Source of the DNA: Mytilus trossulus
Lineage: Eukaryota
Reading direction: 5' to 3'
Assembly (NCBI RefSeq): GCF_036588685.1
Contig: NC_086382.1
Coordinates: forward strand, 72,974,001 to 73,038,000
Length of the DNA: 64,000 bases
Positions 13,436-25,305 of this stretch are shown here, in pieces. The position numbers were made by a program, and so were the translations under genes. Under the pieces are notes generated by a model. That model searched no databases. It saw only the letters and a list, made by a program, of their open reading frames with translations, and was not told the DNA's origin. Each line of letters starts with the position of its first letter. Position 1 is the first letter of the stretch.

Positions 13436-16400
13436 ATGGCCGCTGTCCATGTACGCCGCATGAGAGTTCGCAATCGCAGACAGAGAAACCTGCCTAGGCC
13501 GAGGGTTTTCAGAGACAGGCTCAATCCACTTGAGTTTATGGATGACAATGAGTTATTTGACAGATATAGGTTTCGTCGACCGACCATCACTTATATATTA
13601 AATGGAATTCACCATTTTCTCGAGCGTCAAACTAGGAGGAATTTTGCCCTATCTCCCGTTACTCAGTTATTGTTGTTTCTAAGATTTGTGGCAACAGGCA
13701 CTCACTTGAGTTTAGTGGGGGATAGTTTAAATGTATCTGAATCAGCAACTGGGAGGGCCTGCAGAGACGTTTGTCAGGCAATTATAACAGTATTTCAGCA
13801 TGTCATTTCTTTTCCCGTTGGTGAGAAGGCTATCCAAGTTATGGAAGGGTTTAGAAGAATTGCTGGTAAGAAGCTGCTATCTATTCAGTTTCCGCTTGCA
13901 TCTTATTCATCATTCCCATAGCAAGTTTCAGAGTAATCGGACTTTTTTAGTGTTTCATAAACACGTCTAAACCGGTTTACGCTCATAACCACTATGACTA
14001 GTTTTGGGGCTCTCTTTGAGGGCAATTTTAATATGTTCATACCAACTTAATTGTTGGTTATTTTTCATTAAAAGACATTATGCCAGTTTTTCGGACCTTC
14101 TTTGCCTTCCCGGCTTTTAATAGTTTGAACATGTAAATTGTAAACATTTGTTGTACGTACCTAATTATACAGATTTTCTTGACAGTAGGCTAACAACGAA
14201 AATGATGAAAATAGTGACCGTAAGATTACCAAATAAAATTGCATTATGTAGTTAAAAAGATACTATAATGCACAGATATTTGGATAATTTGACAATCTGT
14301 TAGGAACTCTAAAGGAGCGTCTGCAAAATCTTAATAAAAACGACTTCGGACTTGCATCATCCGGATCAACATGGTTGCTTCGTACCTCGAATAGCACCGT
14401 CCCTTTTTGTGGAATGTTTTATGAAGTAAAATCCAAATCCCTTTATAGAATTTTCCGCCCTCTAAAAAAAGAAAATAAAGGGGTCGACAGGAAACAATTC
14501 TCAAAAGTTTTCTCGGAGTTCATCCCACTTTACAGATAGTTATTTTTTCGTTAGATAGAGGGCTATTGAAACTACCTGTATTTTCCAAATATCCATTTAA
14601 ATACCGATAATTAAATATTCCACCAGGTGAATAAGAATTTTCACTAACATAATCTTAACTTTAATAAGCTATGTGAAAAATCTATCTAATAATTGAGGGG
14701 TTTAAATTACAAAAATCTCCATAGAAATGAGATGTACACGTGACTTATATGTCCTTATATTATAACATATTATTAACTTACCGTATGTGGCTTCTATTTA
14801 ACTACTCGTACTACATCATAACTTTCACAATGAAATGCCATTTATAGCCGACTATGCAGTATTGACTCTGCTTATTGAAGTACATAGCAGTTGTTAATTT
14901 CTGTGTCATTTGTTCTCTTAATCTTTTTATATACATTGTAGTCAGGAAGCTAATGTTCAATGATCATTGTTTGTTAATGTGGTTCATAATTGTTTCCCGT
15001 TTTTATAAAGATTAGACGTTGATTTTCCTTTTTGAATGGTCTAAAACTAATCATTTTTGGGGCCCTTTGTAACTTGTTGTTCGATTTGAGCCAAAACTCA
15101 TTGTTGAAGCCCATGCTTTTGACCTATAATGCTTTACTTTTCCACATGTGGATGTTGGACAGAGAGTTGTCTCATTTGCACTTATACCACATTTTTCTTT
15201 AACATTTATATAAGCAGATACTTTTTTAAGACGATGCCCCGGGAAAAACTATTTCTTTTTTTGTCTCATTATTTTACTCTTTGTGTAGGCAAGACAAAAA
15301 TGAAATAGGGCTAAATTATGACTAAATTCCAGACACCAAAAAACGCATTCTATGCAACAACGTTTGTAACGTTCATTGTGATTGGATAACGTCACTTTTT
15401 TACATGGCATCATTTGACAATTGATACTATTGGACGTATGCGCAAGCACATACGACAGATTTTAACGTTGTTTTCTGTCAGTTTCATAAGAATGGAGATA
15501 ACAATATTGTATTTTAAGCTCCGACAGAGTCAAATGTGTATTCTTTAATAGGGTATAGATACATATATTATTAATTTGTACATTTCAACAAATTTGATTC
15601 GTTTATGGAAAGTCAAATGTTAAACTATATTTTCGATGGTAGAGAGAAAACGGTGGATAGCAAAAAACACTTTGCACATCAAAAAGCACAAGGAGACAAT
15701 ATGATATCTATAAAATTCCAACATTGACGATTTTGATATAAATATGGTCTGAAATTATTAAGATCACAAATATAGCCTTTGTATGGGATATCGACCTGAA
15801 AAAGTATATTGACCTCAAACTTCGTCATCAATCAATATACTTCTTTAAGGTCAATATATCCTTTTATCATATGTTGAGTAGTAAATACACTAGTTTAGAA
15901 AATTTGATAAATAGCCTGCTGTTTAATCTATATCGTGCAACTTTGATGCGCACCCTTTATTACACCCCTACATTTTTCGGTGACCATGAATTTGACAGCT
16001 AGTGCCCCTTTAAAACAAGACAAAAGAGGAAATAAGGGAACCCAGTGAACAGTTCATATAATATAACTCTCCTATTGATATATATGATAAAGCATATAAA
16101 ACCTGGCAAAATCTGTATCACATGCCATATCACCCTTGACAAATATCATACCTGGGGCTTACAGGCCCTTGGGGTGATATTGGTGTCTCGGGATGATATG
16201 ACATATGATACAGATATGTTACCATGTATTATTTTCTATTTATCGCTATTTTGTGCATTTTTCCTTTAATTTTGTTTTGTGATAATTTTCATATCGTGCT
16301 TCTCGCTTGAGATGGAAAAATTATCGCTAGAAACTAAGGAGGCCATGTGGCTTTGCTAACGAAATTGAGATTGAAATTGACAACATCGTCATAGGTAAAA

Positions 16401-18660
16401 TAGCAATAAACAGATCGTCATTGGTCGTCTCAACTTGATTGCTTTTCTCACTTTCGCTCTACCAGCTCATGCGAGAAAAGCAATCTCGTTGAGATAATCA
16501 ACGATAATCTCTAAGTATTAATCTCATACAAAGGCTATATTTGCATAATATCCAAATCAATTTGCAATATATATTATTTAAGTTGTATTGCTTACCAACA
16601 AATAATTCTTAAAAGATTGGTGGAGAGGACTTCTTGTAGTTGAGATTGACTTTGGTTATTTTTAAATGGACAACATTGGCCGAACTTCTTTTCATAACAA
16701 ATGTTAACAGGATGGCGGTGAAAATAACACAGAAGTTAATAAAATTCAATTCACTGCATGTTATTTGTTAAATAAAATAACTAAAACAAAGAGATTCGTT
16801 TGAATGATAAAAAAAATTGTAGTTTAATTTTTACAAGATTGCAGAATCGACGAATACATATTTTTGCGTAAATATACAACATATGTGGAATAGAGGTTAT
16901 TAAAGTGTTAAGAAACATATTTTTCCTATTTCAAATCTTAAACAATTATAAGGATTAAACGTCTTTTTAAAGGAATTTATTGGTGTATAAACTGGATCAA
17001 CTCACTCACAAACATATAAAGTCCTTTGGACTTAATTTGTTTGTGAGTTGATTGATTGAGTTTATACACCAGTGACGTCCTATAAATAGGCTTTAAATCC
17101 TGTGATAAAATATTATTATTATAGTGAGCAACTTTTAATGATTCTTTCTTATATTTGAAGGATTTCCAAATGTACTAGGATGTGTAGATGGAACGTTTGT
17201 GAAAATTATCAGCCCACATGAAAATGAAGCCGACTTTGTTAACAGAAAAGGAGTCCACGCTTTAAATGTTCAAGTAAGATAAACAATTATAATACAGAAA
17301 ATAATCCTTCAAACAGTATAATAACTTTTTGTGCTGATATAATCATACTTTCATTCAATTACAATTTTGCATTGTACCCAAAAAATTGAATTGTCGGTTG
17401 TCAAATTTGGAATTAGTCTAAATGCAAAAACGTCAACTGTATTTTAAGGCAACAGTTATAACTATGCATTTATTTTTATATTTAAATAAGCGGATCTCCT
17501 GTGTGAAATTAAATACTACATTTTTAAAGGTAAACAATGTTAATTTCAATTCCGAAAAATTTGAATGTCATTCCAATCAGATTACATGATACATACTGTG
17601 TGACATTAAAAAATATGTTGCCTTAGTTTTAAACATACTGTTCTTTTTTTTTGAAGATGGTTTGTGATCCTAATTTTAGAGTCACTTCTTTATGTGCAAA
17701 ATGGCCAGGATCAGTGCACGACAGCAGAATATTCAGAACAAGTGGACTATGTCAACAATTTGAAAATGGTAACTTAATTTAATTTTGTTTTCTTATTAGT
17801 AGAACTGAAGAAAAACTTCTTAATCTTCAAAACTTCAATTTTACATACTAACATATAGGATGCTCCAGCATTTACACATATTTCAGGCTTATGATGAACT
17901 TGCATGTATATTAACCATATATCTTACAATATAATAATGAGTCATTTAAATAGCCCACACAAGCTAGTAAACATATATACATATCTGGTCATTTGGTGTT
18001 GATATGCTTATTACAATTTCTTTTATAGTTTTGGCGAAAGAATGCAAATGATTTATTGTGCATATACTCAAATGCATCAATAGTGGGGAGATAATTGTGA
18101 AGTTTCTTCCCTTCGCGGAAAGTATTTTATTTGATTTTTTAATACAAATAAATTGGAAGGTGTAGTTTCTATAACTGTTTATGATACAAGCTTTAACTGT
18201 TTTAAACTGAATGTTGATTTATTTGATTATTTGAAATACAATGTGAATATTACATTAAAAAATTATTTAAACAGGAATTCACCAAGGACTGTTACTAGGT
18301 GACTCTGGGTATCCATGTACCAAATACTTGATGACCCCCTACCTTAGTCCAGCTGATAACTGCCAGGGAAATTTTAACAGAGCTCTTTGCAGGACACGGG
18401 TTCTAATTGAACAAACATTTGGGATACTAAAAAGGAGGTTCAATTGTTTACATGATGGTTTAAGAACAACACCAGAACAGTCTATTAAATATGTTACATC
18501 ATGTGTTATTTTACACGATATTGGCATTGACCATAATGACATAATTATAAATAATAATATTGAGGAAATTGCTGTTGCAGATTGTACAGGTTGTATTAAT
18601 ATGAACCCAACCTTTGATGGCACTGCAAAAAGGAATGACATAGCAAGACAATTTTTTTAA
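13436..18660 (+). CDS. Harbinger (HARBI1-like) DDE transposase, left copy. Exons 13436-13865, 17161-17273, 17657-17768, 18275-18660 (346 aa).
   Basis: GT-AG introns with compatible phases give a spliced length of 1041 nt. Motifs: [70 protein letters not shown]. The D-D-E triad is intact. Confidence 0.93.
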
Positions 18661-19821
18661 GTAAACCTTGCATTTGTAAATATCTTACTAGATTTCCGAA
18701 TTCACATTTTCTTCATTATTAAATTATAAATTTTGATTACACTGGAATATTATAACATAGAACTTTCCCAATTCATGTCCGACAGGTAAAATACATTTTT
18801 GGTATTTGAATTTATTATTTAGAATATGTTAAATAAATAAGGGATCTCTTACACAAAGATTTCATAAGCGATATGCAACATATCTTTAGTCACCAATGAT
18901 CTGAAACTTGAATTAAATATGCTGTCAGAAATATACAGTTGCTTACATTTATATGATATGAATATATGTCAAGGTGACAAAATGGGTACAATGTAAGACA
19001 ATATTTTACCAAGTATAATACATGTGTTTGAATGAAGAACAGAAATACTTTAAAAGTTAAGTTATTTAAAATTGAATACCAAAATTTTCAGATTTACAGT
19101 AATAAACAGTCAGGGGCATTACTTAAACAAGTAACAATAAAAATTACCTATACAAGTAATGTTGAAAACGAGGCTAATTTAAATATAACTTATTTAAGTT
19201 ATTTTTCTGAATATTATTTTTATAGGTGTCCAAGAATACATATTTTACTAGCTTTAAATAATTTTCACAGTTATTTGGTTATTTTTCCCTTGATATATAG
19301 AAACTAATTCTTCAGAAACACTTATTAAATTTCTGACGCACTTATCTTTCATACCCACGCTTCTGGGTCAAAGATTGGTCTCTTGGGACTATTAAATTAT
19401 CATTTTCTCTAAAATTTTGAAGGTAGACTGATATAAATAGATAGATACTTGTGAATTAATTAAGACCTGAACTTATTTATAATTTGTAACCTTAATCAAT
19501 TACATATGTGCCTTAGATAAGTGTAATTGCTTTTTTTTCCAAAAATGTTTAAAATAACTTATTCAAGTAATATTTTTGTCATTATTTTCAAAGTAACCCT
19601 TTATCTCTATACTCCTCTCAAATCTGATAAAAAAAATATTTTATGATATAAAATGTTGTTTCAAATTATGAAAACTACATTTGGTCTGTTTCTATTGAAA
19701 ATTAAAATAACTCTTTTAAGTAATTTTGTTATTTTTAAAATAAAAAAATACTTATATATATAAGTAGTTAAAAAAACCCAACTTGTTTAAGTAACGCCCC
19801 TGACTGATAAACATGTTGTGA

Positions 19822-22800
19822 TTATGGTTCATTTAAAATTTGTACACAATCAGGAAACTCAGACTGAAGTTTACAGATTAAACTTTGTTTTTTCAGGATA
19901 AAAACTTCTTTTGCCAATTTCAAATTTTCTTGTTCCATCTTTATTTTCTTGGTTTCTTCACGCAACCTTTCATTGTCCAACATTAAGTTTTCCTCTTCCA
20001 ACTCTGCCAAACTCCTTCGTCCCCTTTTGATGTTTCCTATGGACATGAATTATAAAACATGTAAAGTTGTTATAAAGTTATACAAATGTACATTCTTTTT
20101 GAATTTCATGATGAATCTGCTTTGTGAGCTGTGTCATAAAATAAGTTAATATCAAACCTTCTTATAATAAAATAGCTGAATCCATTTAAAGACATCAAGA
20201 AAATTAATTTGTATTTATTAAGTTATGTCCTATATGCAAATTACAATTGTGCAACAAGGTGGTTAAATTTTCAAAGATTTAGTTCCCCTTTGCTTGTTGA
20301 CATAATTATTCATTTTAATATCTTAGAAACATGTTCATTTTCATATATCTGTTTTATTTGTTAACAGTGTTTAGAATGAATTTTTAATTATAATTCTACA
20401 TAAATAAATATGATTTGTTTTTTGTACCAGAATTAAGCCATAAGTTTTCTTTTTTTTTAATTGTTATACATCTGTCATTTCAGGGACATTGATAGAAGGC
20501 AATGCTGTATAGACTGCTCATTGTTGAAGGCTAAACAAAAGTCTTTAGTTGTTAATGTCTTTTGGTCTATTGAGGAGAGTTGTGTCATTGCCAATTATAC
20601 CACATCTTCTTTTTTAAAGAAACATTTATCCTACTTTTAAAATGATTTTATTTAATTTCCTAGGTAGCAACATGAACAAATATGTCTATGTTGATCTCTT
20701 GTCTGGTTCAAAGTGATAATGATGTTGCAATTTCAATTGTGACGGCAATCATGTGATTCACATGTTTTAATCGAATTTATTATTAGAACATGGTTGGGTT
20801 TCCAAAGCCATAGAATAAACTCATATCAGAATCCATAACTTTTGAAAGACAAATTAGCCCTATGTTAGGAAACTTACCTTTACCTTTACCCTTTGGATTA
20901 GAACTTGGTACACTTGTCCTTTCACATTAGAAAATGCCTGTACCAAGTCAGGAATATGACAGTTGTTACCCATTCGTTTGATGTGTTTGGACTTTTGATT
21001 TTGCCTTTTGATTTTTGATTTTCCTTTTTGAATTTTCCTCGGAGTTCGGTATTTTTGTGTTTTTACTTTTTATTTTTTATACCATTTTGTTCTATAAAAA
21101 TCAATTTTCATGTAAACATTCATAGATTTTTATTACATTTTACATGGACGAAGACTTCAATTTTCAAACATCAACCCCATCGATACATTGTAAAGAGGTA
21201 TACTATTTCACAAATATATAGGAAATGCCCAGGCTTTATTCAATGAGCTGGACATGATCTCTGGGAAGTTTGCTACTGTAGACGTTTATTATCTCAAAAA
21301 GGTTATATATATATGTTTTATTTCAAATATGTATTTAATAACAGTTTTGATGTTATCAACTTAACCATTTTCTTTTCAGCAATTATCAAAAATCACTTTT
21401 TTCATATGTTTGTCATATATAACTTGATAGTTTCAATTGCAAACTAAAAAAAACTGTTGTTCTAAAATAATCAAATATACAATAAGCTGGGTTAATTTCA
21501 TGTTATGTCCATGCCATATCTGGGGCCTGAATTTTGAAGTATTTTTTTTCCATTTGTAAAGGTCACCTGTGTGTAATTGCTCAATCAAACTTTTTATCAC
21601 TTGTCAATTTTTCCAATGGGATCCATTACAGGAAAGACAAAAATGAAATACTTTATGTAACATATATGTTATAAATGTTGAAGACCATATTTTTAATAGA
21701 TTTTGTCATACTCAAGACTTTGAATTATATACATGTATTAACAACTTTACCTTGTTCTTCCACTAAGTTTACTTCAATACATGTAGGCTCTTTGTCAGCT
21801 TCAATCTGTCCATCAAGCTCCTCATTTTGTGTTGATTCTGAAATGTAATTGCATTATGTTGTATAAGTTTATTAATAATTTACTATAACTTCAGAAATGT
21901 AATAAAATTGACACTGCCTTGACAATATTTTTGTTGTTATTTTTAAAAACATTAACTATGGGTTTTTTTACACTAAAACTTAGTCTGACATGAGCAGTGG
22001 TGAGGGAGACAAATTACAATATTGAGAAAATTGAGAAAGGAAATGGAAAATATATCAAATGGTCAACAACTGGACCCAATAGAAGTTGACCTCCTTGACC
22101 TTTCACACCATCACATTGATTGTATACTAATATATATTTTAAATAACCGGAAATTAGTTTCTTTTTCTGTTGCCAAATTATTCATTTCATGTAAATTGGT
22201 TGGAGCAACAAACCTTTATATGTGTTTTCTTTTATAAATATCACCAAATCATTGATCAACGAAGGTAAATCAGGTGTTTTTAAATTTCTCAGGCAACTGT
22301 ATGTGTGACATAGGTAATTCACCAATAAATCACTTTGTGATTCATCTTGCTCCACCTCACTCTGAGAAATTCCCTTTAAGGTATCCATAATGTGAATATC
22401 ATTGGCTCTTGGGACTGGTGTTACAACTGTATGAGTGTCTAAAAATTTTTCTATTTTTACTGCCATTTTCTTGGCTGTTGTCACCAAATTTCTTTCTGAA
22501 AAATGAGACAATGGTTGAAATGACTTTATGCATGTCATATTTCTATGCATATTCATTTCTGACCTATATAGGAAGTTGTAGTGCAAGACATACATGTCAG
22601 GTTGGTGCTTATTTATTGTATATCTAAACTTAATTGTCATTATGGGACTTCAGGCAGTGACCATTTAATGAAAGTTTAGCTTTTTTCTTAAGTAATTTTC
22701 TGATTTATAAGCAGGAAAGACAGACATCTATAAGTAACAATATCTGTTCCTCAGATAATATCAGTTAGATTGGAGATGATGAAAATCTTACCCCTGAGCA

Positions 22801-24984
22801 TGATCAATTTTCAAGCCTCTTTCTTTCATATGTGTTTATTTCTTACACAAGAAGCATGAAAACAGCAAACTGTAATAAATGTATAAAGAAACAAGAGATT
22901 GTAAAAAATAAAAATACCTGATAGTTCTTTGTAGGCATCAAGAGCCTCCTTCTGTCTTGAAATCCAAGATCCAGAACATTCAGGTTGTGATGCAATTGCT
23001 GAAATAAGGCATATACTATCAGTTCTCATTTCGGACAAAATACCACATGTAACTAACTGACCAACAGTCCCACAAATAAAACAAAAAACCTTTAAATTAA
23101 TTCAAATCAAAATGTAGAAGAAAAAAAAAGACAGATGACTTGTTTAATATAGGTTAATTACAGATCAGGTTACATGTGTTTATTATGCAGTAACAACAAT
23201 AGAAAAACATTATTAACTATATTGTAAAAACCATCCTATGATAACTTTAATGCATTATTGATGCAACACCAAATTTATCAAAAGCTGCATATAATTGTAT
23301 TCAGTTTTAGACTTCTTCTATACTTTATTATTTACAGACTTTAATAAATAAAATCTACATGTAATTCTGGTGGTAATTCCACGTTTCACATGCATGTCAC
23401 AATATATTGTCAGAGAGAATAGAGTGATTAATATCTTGATGTAGGAAGATGTGGTGTGAGTGCCAATGAGACAACAATATATATACATGTAATACTAACT
23501 GTCAGTGTCTACACCGTCTGGAAAACCAGTCAGCTGTGTACGCTTCTCTTCAATCATATGACTGATGAGGAGTTCCTCTGCCTGAGTGGTTTTGGCAGCA
23601 GGACCTCCTCCTGTTTTTGGTCTCTTTTGTAGGTCATATTTTTCTCTACCTAAAAAGCATATATGTTTTTCAAATTAAGCAAGTTAAATATATTGGACTA
23701 TAAAACAACTCAATTTCTGTTATTATGTCAATGGTAAAAGGGATTAAAGGGGATACAATTTGTACCGAAAATTATTAGGACAATATCAGCCAATCACATT
23801 GTGAGAAATCGTGATAATATTAAACATACATTATAGAAATGTATCAACGATTTCACATCTAAAGGAAGCATTAATGTTTCCCCATTACACTGATGCCCCA
23901 CTTGCACTATCATTTTCTATGTTCAGTGGACTGTGAAATTGGGGTCATATCTCTTATTTGGCATTAAAACTTTTAAAAACAAACATATCATGAGGAACAT
24001 GTGTACATGGGGCATAAAAATGTTGCAGTTAAAATGTACATTTTGAATATAGTATGGAATGAGAATTATTTTCTTAATTTTCTGTTGTTTTTCTAGTTCC
24101 CATTTAATGAAGCAACAAATTGTTAAATTAATGTTGCCTTATGATGAATGAGATATTATACACCTGTTGACTGGGGGTGAGGGTAATAGCAAGTTTTTTG
24201 TGCCTGAGATCATGGAGATACCAACTATTGCTCGAGGCAAAGCCGAGAACAATAGTTGGTATGCGAAGGGACCACAAACTTGCTATTACCTGCACAACCA
24301 GTCATTAGCTGTTTTATTATACTGAACAACACAGCCACTAAGTGATTTTATATACAAAATAATTATTTTTCTAAGTGTATATATAACATCTGAAAGAAAA
24401 GAACTAGAGGCTCTCAAGAGCCGGTATTGCTCACCTGACTCTATTTGGGTTTTTGAATTCATATAAAAAAAGATTCAATATTAGAGTTTGACGTTGCAAA
24501 GCATACATAACCAAGCAGAGTAGTCAATGACATCATTATTGTCCAATGAAAAATAAGCATAAAAAAGTATGGGAAAGATGATTATGAAACTATTAACCAG
24601 GGTAGTCCTATAATATAAGACTCTGGAGGTTCATATCATTTACATTCAACGTTTTTTATCGGATATTTTTTTTTTACTCCATTGATAGTAAAAAAAAAAT
24701 ATCCGATAAAAAACGTTGAATGTAAATGATATGAACCTCCAGAGTCTTATATTATAGGACTATTAACCAGGGCAATAGTCTTTCAAACTATTGACTGGCA
24801 AATGTTTCTGTGGAATGAAATAGCACAACTATTTCATTATTTTTTATATAAAAAAAACATACTGAGGTATAATAAATTGCTTTAGTATAAACACAACATG
24901 AAACTATTGAACTTACTTCTCTGTTTTAGGTTGTAGTACTTTTTCTTTACTTCTTCAGCTGTTCTTTTACGAACTGTAAATCTT
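19822..24984 (-). pseudogene. Decapitated copy of the Myb/SANT gene (exon 2 to last exon; promoter and exon 1 missing)
   Basis: Mirror of 27552-32544. The arm ends at 25010, inside intron 1, 26 bp from the exon-2 boundary. Confidence 0.85.
24603..24762. mobile_element. 160-bp perfect-hairpin MITE with 10-bp TSD (Academ-like TAG...CTA termini), present in the left arm only
   Basis: 76-bp stem 24603-24678/24687-24762 with loop CCATTGAT. TTAACCAGGG at 24593-24602 and 24763-24772. The empty site is in the right arm near 27764-27773. It accounts exactly for the 170-bp offset between the arms. Confidence 0.9.
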
Positions 24985-25009
24985 CTGCATTAGAATTAAA
25001 AAGCCAAAT

Positions 25010-25170
25010 GGCGCCATAAAACTTTTTTTTGCTGAGTAAAAAAATATTCTCAGAATGAATTATTTTACTCAGCTAAGAATGAGAACTTTTTTATCCGCCA
25101 TAAAAAAATATTCTCAACGTTGAGAATATTCTCAGCTGAGAATATTTTTTCTCAGCTGAGAATTTTTTTC
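25010..25170 (+). repeat. Internal, truncated Harbinger terminus (Myb-side end) with palindromic subterminal motifs
   Basis: GGCGCCATAAAACT matches the outer TIR minus its first 5 nt. It is followed by repeated TTCTCAG/CTGAGAA motifs and a second CCGCCATAAAAAAA, as at 13233-13350. Confidence 0.85.
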
Positions 25171-25305
25171 TCCACGATGTAAGCGGTAGACGGAACTCTT
25201 TCGTGCTTGAAACCGAAAAAAGAGTGCTAAAGTCCGCGAAATGCAGGTGTGTTTTGATGGTAGAGTCGTCTGTCAAGGTAAGTTCTGTTGTTAGTGGCCT
25301 TCATA

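Noticed and set aside
13436-18660. Domesticated host gene HARBI1
   Set aside because: TIRs, TSD, a partner Myb gene and two near-identical copies indicate a transposon, so no gene symbol was assigned.
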